Positions 9,399 through 21,249 are shown, counted from the first letter of the stretch. The stretch: DNA of 64,000 bases from Spirochaetaceae bacterium (GCA_965224705.1 OZ245056.1:672001-736000); one strand, 5' to 3'. The notes: a model not told the origin generated them from the sequence alone. Program-made: numbers and translations.

Positions 9399-11508
9399 AC
9401 AACCTCCTCCCTGGCTGGATGGACTCAACAGCATGCAGGCCAGAGCCGTAACACATGGAGAGGCCCCTCTCTTAATACTGGCCGGAGCCGGATCGGGTAA
9501 AACACGGGTTATTACATCGCGAATCGCCTGGATGGTGGCCGAAAAAAAATTCGATGCGTCATCCATTCTGGCGGTGACTTTTACCAACAAGGCCGCAAGG
9601 GAAATGCAGGAGCGGGTAACAAGCCTGGTACCTGATGCCCGGAAGGTTATGATAAAAACCTTTCACTCCTTCGGGGCCTGGATCCTGAGGCGATATGCCG
9701 GTGCTGCCGGTTTATCATCCGACTTCACGATTTATGACGACAATGATCAGGTCAGTCTGCTTTCCCAGATCGTTGATGGAATTTCCCGTCGGGAACTGCG
9801 TCTATGGACTCACCGCATAGCCCGGGCGAAGGATGATGGATTGGGTCCAGATGACGATCTGTCGGAGTTTTCTCACAATCCAGACTTTCCCCATATTTAC
9901 CGCCTCTATGAAGAGCGTTTACGAAGTATAGGTAATGTGGATTTCGGAGACCTTATCTACCTCCCCAATCTTCTTTTGAAAAAGAATTCAGAAATACGTG
10001 ATCGTTTAAGACGGAGATTTCAGGCCATTCTGGTTGATGAATACCAGGATACCAATGTGGCACAGTACCAGTTGCTCAAAGAATTAACCGGACCTGAGAC
10101 CTGGCTCAGCGTTGTTGGGGACGACGACCAGTCCATCTACAGTTTTCGTGGGGCCGAAGTAGGGAACATTCTGAAATTCTCCCATATGTTTTCCGGTACG
10201 CAGGTGATGAAGCTGGAGCAGAATTACCGGTCAACAAAAACCATCCTGAATATTGCTTCTGCTGTTGTATCCAACAATGCTGGACGCCTTGGAAAAACTC
10301 TCTGGACTGACGGCACAACCGGTGAGAAAGCCATTCTGGCCTTTCTGAGCGACCAGGAAGCCGAAGCCGAATGGTGTGCCGATCTGGTGAATACTGATGG
10401 AAACTTCGGAGGAACAGCGATTCTTTACCGAACAAATGCCCAGTCCCGTATCTTCGAGACGGTATTTCGCCGCCGGGACATCCCATACCGAATCGTTGGA
10501 ACACTGAGTTTCTATCAGCGGGAAGAAGTGAAAGATGTTCTGGCCTATATGGCCTGGCTGTCCAATCCCCAGGATGAAGTAGCATTCAGGCGTATTGCAA
10601 ACAAACCATCCCGCGGCCTTGGGAAATCCAGTCTGAATAAACTCATTACCCTGGCAGTCAGGCAATTCTCCGGCGATATTCTGGAGGCCTGTACGCAGAA
10701 TATACTGAAGGGCAAAGCAGCCAGAGCCTCAGTATTCCTCAAAGAAATGGCCAACCGATACAGGGGAGGGCAAACTCAGGAACCTCAATTTGAAAATCTG
10801 GGCTTGATGGTAAAGGATCTGGCATCGTTTTCAGGGCTGATTACCTATTACCGTGAGGTAGATCAGATAGAAAATACCCGCCGAATAGATAACATTGACG
10901 AATTGGTGAATGCTGCCGCCGACTATCCGGCAAGTCAGGAAGGACTTACAGCCTTCCTTGAAATTATAGAACTTGATCAAGTAGCCCTGGAAGAAGAAGA
11001 TAATGATACAGACAGAGTTACTTTGATTACCATACATAATACAAAAGGACTGGAGTTCGACAGAGTAATTGTTACCGGTCTGGAGGAAGATCTTTTTCCT
11101 CGGGGTGATGAAGGATTCAATGATGATGAAACCGAAGAGGAAAGGCGTTTATTCTATGTAGCAATTACACGGGCTCGTCAGAATTTAGCTTTTACCTCCT
11201 GTCGCTCAAGAATGATATGGGGACGTAATCGGATTTCCACTCCATCGCGATTCCTGAAGGAACTTCCAGGGGATTTCATTAAGCAGGAGGGTCAGGCCGG
11301 AAATGCCGAAGACTCAGCCCTGTGGAGACCTGGAACTCAGATTTACCACGACGAATACGGTGCGGGCGTGGTACAAAAATGTCTCTCAAACACTGGAAAC
11401 ACTGTGATTCATGTTGTATTTGAATCTGGCAGACGAGCGACATTGATACCGGAATTCACGTCTCACAAAATGGAGATATTGGGATATGTACGGTCCACTG
11501 AATACTGA
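9391..11508 (+). CDS. uvrD: UvrD/PcrA family ATP-dependent DNA helicase
   Basis: AGAGSGKT, VTFTNKAA, VDEYQDTN, VGDDDQSIYSFRGA, LEQNYRS and EERRLFYVAITRA. Confidence 0.93.
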   Translation: MNKQPPPWLDGLNSMQARAVTHGEAPLLILAGAGSGKTRVITSRIAWMVAEKKFDASSILAVTFTNKAAREMQERVTSLVPDARKVMIKTFHSFGAWILRRYAGAAGLSSDFTIYDDNDQVSLLSQIVDGISRRELRLWTHRIARAKDDGLGPDDDLSEFSHNPDFPHIYRLYEERLRSIGNVDFGDLIYLPNLLLKKNSEIRDRLRRRFQAILVDEYQDTNVAQYQLLKELTGPETWLSVVGDDDQSIYSFRGAEVGNILKFSHMFSGTQVMKLEQNYRSTKTILNIASAVVSNNAGRLGKTLWTDGTTGEKAILAFLSDQEAEAEWCADLVNTDGNFGGTAILYRTNAQSRIFETVFRRRDIPYRIVGTLSFYQREEVKDVLAYMAWLSNPQDEVAFRRIANKPSRGLGKSSLNKLITLAVRQFSGDILEACTQNILKGKAARASVFLKEMANRYRGGQTQEPQFENLGLMVKDLASFSGLITYYREVDQIENTRRIDNIDELVNAAADYPASQEGLTAFLEIIELDQVALEEEDNDTDRVTLITIHNTKGLEFDRVIVTGLEEDLFPRGDEGFNDDETEEERRLFYVAITRARQNLAFTSCRSRMIWGRNRISTPSRFLKELPGDFIKQEGQAGNAEDSALWRPGTQIYHDEYGAGVVQKCLSNTGNTVIHVVFESGRRATLIPEFTSHKMEILGYVRSTEY

Positions 11509-12271
11509 AGAAGCCTCCCTGATCGCCCGTCTTCCCATTATCAACCGTGCTCGCGGTGCCAGACTCTACACCGCTGAGGGCAGCCGATGGCTTGATTGCT
11601 GGGCCGATGGAGGACGGGCCCTGATCGGCCATCGGCCTGGAGGAGTTTCACTCAGGTTGAAAAACGAAATCAACCGCGGATTATACGCCCCCTACCCCAA
11701 TCGCTGGGATAAACGTCTGGCAGCGGCATTGCTCAAATTATTTCCCGGTTATAAAACCGTCCGTATCTTCCGAAACATGGAAAGGGCCGCAGCACTGTCT
11801 TCCCGGAAAAAGCATCCCATCGACCCCCTGGATCTTCCAGTGGAGACCCGTACCATAGCGGACCCAATCTGGGGACGTCCCCTGCTTCCCAACCACCCTG
11901 GAAGCAGCATTCTCTTCCCCATTCTACCTGTGCCTGGAATCATTGAAGCTCAGACTGTGCTTTACACAGGTGAATTTGATGATCAACTGCCTTTGAATGA
12001 TCCTGTGTCTCCTCTGATACTGGCCGCACTTACCCGTTCCTGCTCAGCTCTGGGAGGGAGTACTTGCATTGATCGTGGTGAAGACTCTGAGTATTGGGCA
12101 ATGAGAGGACCATACATGGTGTATCGCGGCGACGAAAAGGATTACAGAAAAATATTCGAGATCCTTTTCAACCGGGCTGTTCTTATCGCTCCCTCGCCTC
12201 ATCGACCTTCAATTTATCCTGGAGATATCTCTGAGGGAGAGAAGAAATTGCTGAGAATCCCCTCCAAATGA
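11486..12271 (+). CDS. Hypothetical protein with a class III aminotransferase-like N-terminus; short and divergent
   Basis: RARGARLYTAEGSRWLDCWADGGRALIGH resembles the start of PLP class III enzymes. It is only 261 aa. Confidence 0.65.
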   Translation: MYGPLNTEEASLIARLPIINRARGARLYTAEGSRWLDCWADGGRALIGHRPGGVSLRLKNEINRGLYAPYPNRWDKRLAAALLKLFPGYKTVRIFRNMERAAALSSRKKHPIDPLDLPVETRTIADPIWGRPLLPNHPGSSILFPILPVPGIIEAQTVLYTGEFDDQLPLNDPVSPLILAALTRSCSALGGSTCIDRGEDSEYWAMRGPYMVYRGDEKDYRKIFEILFNRAVLIAPSPHRPSIYPGDISEGEKKLLRIPSK

Positions 12272-12292
12272 ATGTTTACTGAACCCTACGAA

Positions 12293-12402
12293 GTGTCAGA
12301 AAGCTTGTTAAATCAGAAAAGAATTTCTTTAAATGACTGTTTTGATGACTTAGAACCTTACAATCACCAGAAACAGAGGGAATGTAACAAGCTTCCTGAC
12401 AC
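12293..12402 (+). mobile_element. Family-2 MITE-like element, about 110 bp
   Basis: TIRs GTGTCAGAAAGCTTGTTA...TAACAAGCTTCCTGACAC. The interior matches the reverse complement of 20922-20957. Confidence 0.75.
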
Positions 12403-12492
12403 CGGGATTTACCACACAAATTCCGGAAATCCCCTGAAATTCTCAAATCAACCAATCAAAAACCGGGCAGGCTCCACTGCCAACCCTCTCAA

Positions 12493-13638
12493 TCAGTTCC
12501 TGTCCTCAATCCCGACCCACGGCCTGTCAACTTCTCCGGTGTATAGGGCCTTGGGCCTGTAGAGCCTGTTATTGCTCCGCTGTTCAAGAATGTGAGCCAG
12601 CCAGCCGGAAATTCTTGCAATAGCAAAAATAGGAGTGAAAAGGTTGGAAGGGATTCCAAGCTGACTGTACACAGCTCCTGAGAAAAAGTCCACGTTTGGA
12701 TAAATGGGTTTTCCCTTCTCTTCCATCTCCTCCCTGAACACCTTTTCAACCATTTTGAGAATATTGATATTCCGAAAATCGTTGCTCTTCCGGGACAAAG
12801 TCTGAAGATACTCCTCCATAAGGATGGCCCTGGGGTCTTTTGCCTTATAGACACGGTGTCCCATTCCCATAACTTTTCGTTTTTCCTGAAATGCCTTTTT
12901 TAGCCAGGGTTTCACATTATCGACGCTTCCAATTTCATCCACCATCATCATAACCTTTTCATTTGCGCCGCCATGCAGACTCCCGTAAAGGCTTCCGATA
13001 GCGGCTGAAATGGCACAGTAACAGGTGGAAAGGGTGGATGCAACAACTCTGGCCGTAAATGTTGAAGCATTAAAAGAATGCTCGGCGTGAAGAGTAAGGC
13101 AGGTGTCCATGATTTTACCATCTTCATGATCCGGCTCTTTATTGCTCAACTGCCAGAGAAAGTTTGCTCCATGAGAAAGATCCTTCCTGGGTGGAACATA
13201 TTCCAGGCCATTCCGGAATCGGTGCCAGGCGGCCACAACACCGGGAATCTGGGCAATCTGGTGGAGGGTTTGACGGCAATTACACGTTGCCGAATGTTCA
13301 ATCTTATGGTCAATATAGCCCGAAAGGAAGTTGATGACCGATTGAAGCAATTCCATTGGATGAGCTGTCTTTGGAAAAGTTTTAATCAGCTGTAATATCT
13401 CGGGCTTGAGTTCCCGGCCTTCCCGAAGTTCCGTACTGAAGCTCTTAAGCTGACTGGAATTGGGTAACTGTCCATAGAGAAGAAGATAGGTTGTTTCCTC
13501 AAAAGTGGCATACTCTGCCAGATCTGTGATTCCATATCCATAATAGTAGAGTTGACCCTTTTCTCCGTCCACCTTGCAGATACGGCTTTCACCTGCGATC
13601 ACCCCTTCCAATCCCTGTGCGTATGTTGTTTCAGCCAT
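12493..13638 (-). CDS. gltA: Citrate synthase
   Basis: [35 protein letters not shown] and PNVDFFSG. Confidence 0.93.
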   Translation of the reverse strand: MAETTYAQGLEGVIAGESRICKVDGEKGQLYYYGYGITDLAEYATFEETTYLLLYGQLPNSSQLKSFSTELREGRELKPEILQLIKTFPKTAHPMELLQSVINFLSGYIDHKIEHSATCNCRQTLHQIAQIPGVVAAWHRFRNGLEYVPPRKDLSHGANFLWQLSNKEPDHEDGKIMDTCLTLHAEHSFNASTFTARVVASTLSTCYCAISAAIGSLYGSLHGGANEKVMMMVDEIGSVDNVKPWLKKAFQEKRKVMGMGHRVYKAKDPRAILMEEYLQTLSRKSNDFRNINILKMVEKVFREEMEEKGKPIYPNVDFFSGAVYSQLGIPSNLFTPIFAIARISGWLAHILEQRSNNRLYRPKALYTGEVDRPWVGIEDRN

Positions 13639-13692
13639 TTTCAATTCCTCCTTGGAGCACCAGTATTGTTCTACATTATTATATTATACGAA

Positions 13693-14568
13693 TTATCTTT
13701 CCGCCAGTATTCCACGAATTAATCCGGGGATTTGGCCCGGGGTGTCTGCTACAGGTACACCGGCTTTTCCAAAAGCCTCGACTTTTGCCTCAGCGGTTCC
13801 CTGTCCTCCGGAAACAATGGCACCGGCATGTCCCATGCGTTTCCCCTCCGGGGCAGAGCGCCCTGAGATAAATGCAACGACCGGTTTTTTCATGCGGGAG
13901 GCAATGAACTCGGCAGCCTGTTCTTCGGCATTACCCCCAATTTCTCCAATCAATACAACGGCATCCGTTCCAGGATCGGACTCAAATCTCTCCAGAAGAT
14001 CCAGGTAGCCCGTTCCAATGATGGGATCGCCCCCGACTCCAATACATGTAGACTGACCCATTCCCGCACCGGTAAGGGCATGAACAACCTCATAGGTAAG
14101 AGTTCCAGAACGGCTGATAACACCTGTTTTTCCCGGCCTGTGAATGAAGGCCGGCATGATGCCGATTTTAGATTTCCCCGGGCTGATTAAACCCGGACAG
14201 TTCGGCCCTATCAGAACTTGATTACGATCACGGACAAGATGATATATCTCCAGCATGTCCAGTACGGGAACTCCCTCGGTAATGCAGATAATGAGGGAGA
14301 TGCCTGCATTTGAAGCCTCCTTCATGGCATCTGCGGCGAACTTTGCCGGTACGAATATTACACTGGCATTGGCCGATGTTGCTTTTCGAGCCTGTTCAAC
14401 AGTATCAAAAACAGGTATTCCGTCCACATCAGAACCGCCCTTGCCGGGAGTCACCCCCCCCACAACACTGGTTCCATCCGCCTTCATTCTTCCGGCATGA
14501 AAAGAACCATCTCTTCCTGTTACACCCTGAACGATTAATCGTGTATTCTCATCCAATAATATGCTCAT
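13693..14568 (-). CDS. sucD: Succinyl-CoA synthetase alpha subunit
   Basis: [29 protein letters not shown] and RMGHAGA (phospho-His). Confidence 0.96.
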   Translation of the reverse strand: MSILLDENTRLIVQGVTGRDGSFHAGRMKADGTSVVGGVTPGKGGSDVDGIPVFDTVEQARKATSANASVIFVPAKFAADAMKEASNAGISLIICITEGVPVLDMLEIYHLVRDRNQVLIGPNCPGLISPGKSKIGIMPAFIHRPGKTGVISRSGTLTYEVVHALTGAGMGQSTCIGVGGDPIIGTGYLDLLERFESDPGTDAVVLIGEIGGNAEEQAAEFIASRMKKPVVAFISGRSAPEGKRMGHAGAIVSGGQGTAEAKVEAFGKAGVPVADTPGQIPGLIRGILAER

Positions 14569-14569
14569 C

Positions 14570-15700
14570 CTAACCCCTCGCCACGGCAATAACGTCTTTA
14601 ACAGCCCTGTCCAGATCTACACCGGCAGAATAACCGGCTTTTTTAAGTATATCCTTCCCGGCTTCCTGATTGGTTCCCACGAGCCGAACAACCAGGGGAA
14701 CCCTTATTTCAAGTTGATTCCGGGCCATTATAAGACCATTGGCAATGTCGTCACATCGGGTAATGCCGCCAAATATGTTGATGAGAATCGCCTTAACTCC
14801 GGGATTCCTCAGGATAATATTCAGCGCATCTGCTACTTTCTGCGGATTGGAACTGCCTCCCACATCCAGAAAATTGGCCGCTTCGCCGCCATAATGCTTG
14901 ATGAGATCCATGGTAGCCATGGCCAATCCGGCACCGTTAACGATGCAGCCGATGTCACCATCCATACTGACAAAACTGAGATTTTTTTCCCTGGCCTCCA
15001 CCTCATCGGCACTGTCTTCCTCAGGATTCCGCAAAGCCTCAATTTCCGGGTGTCTGAACAGGGCATTATCATCAAAATTAATTTTTCCATCCAGGGCCAG
15101 CATTCGTCCGTCCGGCGTTAAGGCATAAGGATTTATTTCCGCAAGAGAAGCATCTTTCTCCTTAAACAGGGTAAAAAGTGCTGCAGCAGCCTTCAATGCC
15201 TGGGACCGCTGCTTCCTATCGGGAATGGATTTCGCTAAAAATGCATCCAGCTCCGGTTCATCCAGCGGCTGGTGGGGATGGAGAGTCATCCTGTGAATGG
15301 CATCGGGATCAGAGGCGGCCAGTTCTTCAATTTCCACACCCCCCTGATCGGTGAGCATCAGAGTAATTCCCTGCCGGGCCCTGTCCAATACCATGCCCAG
15401 ATAATGTTCTTTTTCTATGGTAGCCGAATCACACACAAGAATTCTTTCTACCGGATACCCTTTAATACTCAGACCAAGAATTCTTTCGGCCTTTTCTTCC
15501 ACTTCCGAGGCTGTATCGGCCAGTTTCACACCACCGGCCCTGCCCCGGCCCCCGGCAAGAACCTGGGCCTTTACAACGGTTTGTTTCCATCCCTTTGCAG
15601 CCTCACGGGCCTGGGATGGGCTGGTGACAAGTCGATAATCATTGACGGGGATCCCATATTCCCTGAATAAATCTCTGGCCTGATGCTCGTGGATTTTCAT
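14570..15700 (-). CDS. sucC: Succinyl-CoA synthetase beta subunit
   Basis: MKIHEHQA start in an ATGA overlap with the sdhB stop, [28 protein letters not shown] and [10 protein letters not shown]. Confidence 0.96.
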   Translation of the reverse strand: MKIHEHQARDLFREYGIPVNDYRLVTSPSQAREAAKGWKQTVVKAQVLAGGRGRAGGVKLADTASEVEEKAERILGLSIKGYPVERILVCDSATIEKEHYLGMVLDRARQGITLMLTDQGGVEIEELAASDPDAIHRMTLHPHQPLDEPELDAFLAKSIPDRKQRSQALKAAAALFTLFKEKDASLAEINPYALTPDGRMLALDGKINFDDNALFRHPEIEALRNPEEDSADEVEAREKNLSFVSMDGDIGCIVNGAGLAMATMDLIKHYGGEAANFLDVGGSSNPQKVADALNIILRNPGVKAILINIFGGITRCDDIANGLIMARNQLEIRVPLVVRLVGTNQEAGKDILKKAGYSAGVDLDRAVKDVIAVARG

Positions 15701-16419
15701 AAATTTCCTTCTTTGTATTTTTTGATTGTCCGCTTGGTTAGATTTATAAGTTTCGTAATCTTTATATCTCTGGGACAAACCTTTGTGCAGTCAAAGTGAT
15801 TATCACAGGACCAGACAGCTTTGTCAGCATCCACAATTTTCAGGCGTTCTGCCCATCCCCTGTCCCGGCTGTCAAAGACAAATCGGGCAGCAGCCACCAG
15901 GGCCGCCGGTCCGAGGAAGTCAGGTTTTTGTTCAACAACGGGACAGGCCGAATAGCAGGAACCGCAATTGATGCATTTGGTGGCCTCGTCAATAAGGGCT
16001 CTATCCTCAGGAGACTGGTAAAACTCACCCCGGGGAGGCGGCGCCTCTTTTGGAATAAGATAGGGCTTGACACTTCGGAATTTAGCAAGAAACATGGATT
16101 GATCCACCATGAGATCCTTTTGAACCGGCATGTTTCTCAGGGGATCCAGAGTAATGACATCCCCATCTTTTTCAGCCGCATCCCGAATGAGTGTTTTACA
16201 CGCCAATCGTTCCTTACCGTTAATTCTCATGGCATCCGAACCGCATATTCCATGAGCGCAGGATTTTCGGAATCCCAGAGTTCCATCAACATTGCGTGAT
16301 ATATACATCAACGCATCCAGTATTCGGTCAGTGGGTTTCAAATCCACATCATAGCGTACTCGCCGGGCTTTAGAATCAGTCTCAGAATCAAATCGTTTTA
16401 CATCCAGAGTTACTTTCAT
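15697..16419 (-). CDS. sdhB: Succinate dehydrogenase/fumarate reductase iron-sulfur subunit
   Basis: SCAHGICGSD...LAC, CINCGSCYSACP and CDNHFDCTKVCP. Confidence 0.93.
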   Translation of the reverse strand: MKVTLDVKRFDSETDSKARRVRYDVDLKPTDRILDALMYISRNVDGTLGFRKSCAHGICGSDAMRINGKERLACKTLIRDAAEKDGDVITLDPLRNMPVQKDLMVDQSMFLAKFRSVKPYLIPKEAPPPRGEFYQSPEDRALIDEATKCINCGSCYSACPVVEQKPDFLGPAALVAAARFVFDSRDRGWAERLKIVDADKAVWSCDNHFDCTKVCPRDIKITKLINLTKRTIKKYKEGNL

Positions 16420-16430
16420 TTACAACCTCT

Positions 16431-18167
16431 CTAATAGACTCTCGGCTTCGGTTCCCATCGGCTGATATCGACAGGTTTCGAACCCAGAATTATCTTGTCA
16501 TTTTCCATTTTACTCAAGGAATGCTTCAGCCAGTTATCATCATCCCTGTCCGGGTAGTCTTCCCGGGAATGGGCTCCACGGCTTTCAGTGCGGGCCAATG
16601 CCGCCGATGCCGTATGGAGGGACAGGTCCAGTAAATTCTCAAGTTCCAGAATTGTAAGAACCTCGGCATTGAAATTGACATCCTTATCCTGGACTCCAAT
16701 TTCTCCGCAGGAGGCTCTCAGATTCGTTATATCTGAAACGGCTTTCTGCATATCCCTTCCCCTGCGGTACACACCAACATTGGCCATCATGCTTTCTTCC
16801 ATGGCTTTGTAGGTATCTCCGGGACTTCTACCTCCCTTTTTCAGTTTTTTAATTTTATCCTTCCACATGGCCAACTTATCGTCCCCACTCTGACCTGGAT
16901 TGGGCTGGGAAGCACCTTTGACATACTGACCCATGGACTGACCCGATCGACGGCCATAGACGATGAGTTCTACAAGACTATTCGTTCCCAGGCGATTGGC
17001 ACCATGCACCGAAACACAGGCGCATTCACCGGCAGCAAACAAACCATCCCAGACGGTTGTTCCATCCGTAACACGGCCATCCACATCGGTGGGGATGCCG
17101 CCCATGGCATAGTGGGCAGTTGGCTGAACAGGCATGGGTTCATGGACGGGATCAATGCCCAGATAAGTTCGGCAGAAGTCCGCAATATCAGGAATCTTGG
17201 CTTCCACAACATCCCGGCCCAGATGGCTGGCATCAAGATGAACCCAGTCATCAATTCTACCCTTGCCTTCAATACCATTACCTTTGGCAATTTCCGTCAT
17301 AATGGCCCGGCTTACCATGTCGCGGGGGGCCAGATCCAGCAGGGTGGGCGCATACTTCTCCATGAAGCGTTCACCATGACGATTGTAAAGGATCCCCCCT
17401 TCTCCACGGACACCCTCCGTAATAAGAATCCCCATCTTCCGTATGCCTGTGGGATGGAACTGAAAGAATTCCATATCCATGAGGGGAACACCGGCCCGTG
17501 CCAGTACGGCCGGTCCATCACCCGTGTTGGCAATGGCATTTGAGGTCACCTTGAACATGCGTCCAAATCCGCCGGTGGCAAAAAGAACGGCCCTGGCACA
17601 CACCAGATGCAGTTCGCCTGTGGAGAACTCAAATACGATGAGACCGGTCAGCTTTGTACCATCCATAACAGTATCCACCACCTGCCACTCATTATGAAAA
17701 GCCACATCATTTTTGATGCACTGCTGGTAGAGGGTCTGGAGTATCATGTTTCCGGTTCTATCGGCTGCGCAGCAGGATCTCATCACAGCTGCGGCCCCGA
17801 ATTCCTTTGTATGCCCCCCGAACCGCCGCTGTTCAATCTTACCTTCCGGCGTTCTACTGAAAGGAAGCCCGCGATTTTCAAGATCGTAAACCGCCCGTAC
17901 CGCTTCTTCGGCCAGGATGACGGCAGCATTCTGGTCAACCAGATAATCGCCCCCCTTCACCGTGTCAAAGGCATGCCATTCAGGACTGTCTTCTTCCATA
18001 TTACCAAGAGCGGCCCCTATACCTCCCTGAGCAGCACCCGTATGGCTTCGCTGGGGATACAGCTTGGTAATCACCGCCGTTTTGCTGACACCGGATGCTT
18101 CCAGAGCCGCATATAAACCGGCTCCGCCTGCTCCCACAATCACAACATCATAATCAAATCGCATCAT
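16431..18167 (-). CDS. sdhA: Succinate dehydrogenase/fumarate reductase flavoprotein subunit
   Basis: [16 protein letters not shown] (covalent FAD His), QFHPTG, HYAMGG, HGANRLG and ESRGAH. Confidence 0.94.
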   Translation of the reverse strand: MMRFDYDVVIVGAGGAGLYAALEASGVSKTAVITKLYPQRSHTGAAQGGIGAALGNMEEDSPEWHAFDTVKGGDYLVDQNAAVILAEEAVRAVYDLENRGLPFSRTPEGKIEQRRFGGHTKEFGAAAVMRSCCAADRTGNMILQTLYQQCIKNDVAFHNEWQVVDTVMDGTKLTGLIVFEFSTGELHLVCARAVLFATGGFGRMFKVTSNAIANTGDGPAVLARAGVPLMDMEFFQFHPTGIRKMGILITEGVRGEGGILYNRHGERFMEKYAPTLLDLAPRDMVSRAIMTEIAKGNGIEGKGRIDDWVHLDASHLGRDVVEAKIPDIADFCRTYLGIDPVHEPMPVQPTAHYAMGGIPTDVDGRVTDGTTVWDGLFAAGECACVSVHGANRLGTNSLVELIVYGRRSGQSMGQYVKGASQPNPGQSGDDKLAMWKDKIKKLKKGGRSPGDTYKAMEESMMANVGVYRRGRDMQKAVSDITNLRASCGEIGVQDKDVNFNAEVLTILELENLLDLSLHTASAALARTESRGAHSREDYPDRDDDNWLKHSLSKMENDKIILGSKPVDISRWEPKPRVY

Positions 18168-20815
18168 TCCTCCTTCAAACCTTTCAGAACGTAGTTAAGG
18201 ATGCCTCCACTTCTCCAATACTCCATCTCCACCGCCGTATCTATGCGGCAGATAACAGGAATATCCAGCACCGTTTCATCGCTTCTCACTGCCCTCACCA
18301 CCATTTTGCTTCCGGTTTTCAATTCACCAAGACCGGAGATGGTGTAGGATTCAGAGCCATCCAGTCCATGGGAAGCCACGGAACCTCCATCATCAAATTC
18401 AAGGGGGAGAATACCCATCCCCACAAGATTGGAACGGTGAATACGTTCGTAACTCTCAGCGATCACAGCCCCGACTCCCTGGAGCATGGGCCCCTTCCCG
18501 GCCCAGTCCCTGGAGGAGCCGGTACCGTACTCCTTCCCTGCCAATATGATTAGAGGAAAGCCCTCCTTCATCCACGCATCGGCAGCATCAAAAATACTGA
18601 CCGTATCACCTTTGGGATTTCTGGAATATCCCCCTTCAATTCCCTTCAGCATGGCATTTTTTATTCTTATGTTGGCAAAAGTACCCCGCATCATCACTTC
18701 ATGATTGCCCCGGCGGCTCCCGAAGGAATTAAAATCTGCCGGACGTACACCGTGAGATACTAAATACTTCCCTGCCGGTCCGTCCGCGGGAATACTGCCG
18801 GCCGGTGAAATATGATCCGTTGTGGTGGAATCAGGCAGTATGGCCAGACACCGTGCATCGGCAATTGACTGAATATCCCGGTCGTTTTCAAAATTCTCAA
18901 AAAATGGGGGACGGCGTATGTAGGTACTGTCTTCCTCCCAGTCATACTGACTTCCGGAAGGGGCCTTGAGTTTCTGCCAGCGGTCTGTACCCTTGAATAC
19001 ATCCGAACAGGCTTCCCTGTAGAGTTTCGAAGTGACGTACTGATCAAGCACTGAGTTAATTTCTTCCGATGTGGGCCATACATCCTTCAGATAGACCGGC
19101 TGGCCTTCCTCATCCACACCCAGAGGATCCTTCTTGAAATCAATCAATACCGTGCCGGCCAGCGCATAGGCCACCACCAGAGGCGGGGAGGCTAAATAGC
19201 TTGCCTTTGAATCAGGGCTCACCCTTCCCTCAAAATTACGGTTCCCGGACAGTACGTTGGCTGTAACAAGATTTCCGGCCTGGATGGCTTCTTTTATCTC
19301 AGGCGGCAGCGGCCCTGAGTTTCCTATGCATGTTGTGCAGCCATACCCAACCAGATGAAATCCCTGAGATTCAAGAGATCGGGTAAGCCCGGCCGCATCA
19401 AGGTAGGCTGTTACAACCCGGCTGCCCGGTGCAAAGGAAGTTTTTACCCAGGGTTTACTTTTCAGCCCTCTGGAAGAAGCCTTCCGGGCCAGTAACCCGG
19501 CCGCAATCAAAACAGCCGGGTTGGAGGTATTTGTACAGCTTGTAATGGCAGCAATCGCCACATCCCCATGGGTAAGATGATGATCCATACCAGCAACAGG
19601 AATGGCGGTTTTTAACTCATCTCCTTTTATATTATATACGGTATCCAGGGACTGGGTGAAATTCTCCGATATTTTGTGAAGATCAACACGATCCTGGGGA
19701 CGCCTGGGCCCGGCCAGGGAAGGAACCACCTCTCCCAGATCCAGAACGAGCATATCGCTGTACCGGGCAGGGGCCTCGTCGTTACGCCACAGACCCTGAG
19801 TTTTCGCATAGGATTCAATCAGGTCAATCTGCTGTTTATCACGGCCGGTGAGGTGCATGTAGGCAATCAGTTCATCATCAATGGGAAACAATCCGCAGGT
19901 TGCTCCGTATTCAGGGGCCATGTTGCTGATAGTGGCCCTGTCCGCCAGACTGAGGGAACTGAGCCCGGCACCGTAGAACTCAACAAACTTACCCACAACG
20001 CCTCTGGCCCGAAGCATTTGCACAAGAGTCAGTACCAGGTCAGTGGCCGTGCAGCCCGGATTCAGTATTCCTTCCAGACAAACACCTGTTACCTGGGGGA
20101 TGAGCATGGTAATTGGCTGTCCAAGCATGGCTGCTTCGGCCTCTATGCCGCCGACTCCCCAGCCGAGCACTCCAAGACCATTGATCATCGTCGTATGACT
20201 GTCTGTTCCAACAACAGTATCCGGGCAGGCAAGGGGATTCCCGCCGTTCACATCTCTGGTCCACACAACTCTGGCCAGATATTCCAGGTTCACCTGATGG
20301 ATTATCCCGGTTCCAGGAGGAACAACACGGAAATTATCAAATGCTCCCTGACCCCACTTCAGAAACCGATAGCGTTCCTGATTGCGTTCAAATTCCAGCT
20401 TAACATTGAGTTCAAACGCATCGGGCGTACTGAAATTATCCACCATCACGGAATGATCGATAACCAGATCCACCGGTACCAGTGGATTGATCTTCGTTAC
20501 ATCACCGCCGGTTTCAGCCAGTGCATCCCGCATGGCCGCCAGATCAACCAGGGCCGGTACACCGGTAAAGTCCTGCATGACTACCCGGGCCGGATGCCAG
20601 GCAATGCCCCGGTTGGATTTTTTTTTCGCATCCCAACTGGCCACGGCTCGGGCATCATCCATACTCACCGCTGGAGATTCATGATTGCGAAGGAGGTTTT
20701 CAAGAAGAATTTTGAGCGAAACAGGCAGATGGCTGATGCTGATTCCCTGCGAATCGGCAAATGCGTCAATGCTGTAGTAATCGTATTCTTTGCTATTCAC
20801 CTTGAGTGTATTCAT
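18164..20815 (-). CDS. acnA: Aconitate hydratase A
   Basis: [38 protein letters not shown] and GSSRDWA. Start placed at ATG 20815 (alternative 20821), downstream of a promoter. Confidence 0.96.
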   Translation of the reverse strand: MNTLKVNSKEYDYYSIDAFADSQGISISHLPVSLKILLENLLRNHESPAVSMDDARAVASWDAKKKSNRGIAWHPARVVMQDFTGVPALVDLAAMRDALAETGGDVTKINPLVPVDLVIDHSVMVDNFSTPDAFELNVKLEFERNQERYRFLKWGQGAFDNFRVVPPGTGIIHQVNLEYLARVVWTRDVNGGNPLACPDTVVGTDSHTTMINGLGVLGWGVGGIEAEAAMLGQPITMLIPQVTGVCLEGILNPGCTATDLVLTLVQMLRARGVVGKFVEFYGAGLSSLSLADRATISNMAPEYGATCGLFPIDDELIAYMHLTGRDKQQIDLIESYAKTQGLWRNDEAPARYSDMLVLDLGEVVPSLAGPRRPQDRVDLHKISENFTQSLDTVYNIKGDELKTAIPVAGMDHHLTHGDVAIAAITSCTNTSNPAVLIAAGLLARKASSRGLKSKPWVKTSFAPGSRVVTAYLDAAGLTRSLESQGFHLVGYGCTTCIGNSGPLPPEIKEAIQAGNLVTANVLSGNRNFEGRVSPDSKASYLASPPLVVAYALAGTVLIDFKKDPLGVDEEGQPVYLKDVWPTSEEINSVLDQYVTSKLYREACSDVFKGTDRWQKLKAPSGSQYDWEEDSTYIRRPPFFENFENDRDIQSIADARCLAILPDSTTTDHISPAGSIPADGPAGKYLVSHGVRPADFNSFGSRRGNHEVMMRGTFANIRIKNAMLKGIEGGYSRNPKGDTVSIFDAADAWMKEGFPLIILAGKEYGTGSSRDWAGKGPMLQGVGAVIAESYERIHRSNLVGMGILPLEFDDGGSVASHGLDGSESYTISGLGELKTGSKMVVRAVRSDETVLDIPVICRIDTAVEMEYWRSGGILNYVLKGLKEE

Positions 20816-20843
20816 TGTCATACCCCCGGAACTTTTATTTTCC

Positions 20844-20872
20844 ATTCTATTGAAAGGAGGAAGGGGGTGCAA
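20844..20872 (-). promoter_or_regulatory. Sigma70-type promoter of the TCA operon
   Basis: The minus strand reads TTGCAC-17 nt-TAGAAT, about 28 nt upstream of the acnA ATG. Confidence 0.65.
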
Positions 20873-20888
20873 GTAAAATGATTCACGG

Positions 20889-20985
20889 AGTGTCAGCAAG
20901 CTTGTTGAATTCCCATTTTTCAAGGTTCTAAGTCATCAAAACAGCCGTATTAAAGAAATATTTTTCTATAGAAATCATAGGCTGT
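20889..20985 (-). mobile_element. Family-2 element, inverted, with one end degenerate
   Basis: AGTGTCAGCAAGCTTGTT end. Interior AAGGTTCTAAGTCATCAAAACAG is the reverse complement of the interior of the 12293 copy. Confidence 0.7.
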
Positions 20986-20999
20986 GATTCAAGACCTGT

Positions 21000-21166
21000 G
21001 AAATGGAAACAGCGGCCATCCGGCGTCAGAGTTTTCCACCGTAAGAACCGGAATCAGCATCAATGCACAAAATGATGTCACCACGAGTAGAGCAGTATAT
21101 CATGCTATCCGGTACAATGCATTTTTCACATTCGTCTTCTCATAACATGACTTCTTGGATTTTCAC
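21000..21166 (-). pseudogene. Decayed 5' remnant of a paralog of the adjacent FN3 lipoprotein gene
   Basis: From GTG 21129 the minus strand reads VKNALYRIA*YTALLVVTSFCALM, versus MKKTLYRIAIASLVVISIVALTGC for the neighbour. The upstream DNA is also similar. Confidence 0.6.
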
Positions 21167-21216
21167 ACATTCTTTGCCTGTGCAAAGAATTCTGACCTGG
21201 TAAGGCACGGTACATC

Positions 21217-21249
21217 AAAAAAACCAGTCAGACAGTTCTGACTGGTTTT
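21217..21249 (-). terminator. Intrinsic terminator, possibly bidirectional, downstream of the lipoprotein gene
   Basis: AAAACCAGTCAGA-cagt-TCTGACTGGTTTT perfect stem with a U7 tail on the minus strand. Confidence 0.85.

Noticed and set aside
12272..12562. 96-aa ORF after the aminotransferase-like gene
   Set aside because: It runs through a family-2 repeat and into the gltA antisense strand.
19676..20881. 401-aa ORF antisense to acnA, and similar shadow ORFs over clpA, dnaE, sdhA and nifJ
   Set aside because: These are antisense frames of conserved genes and show no recognisable motifs.
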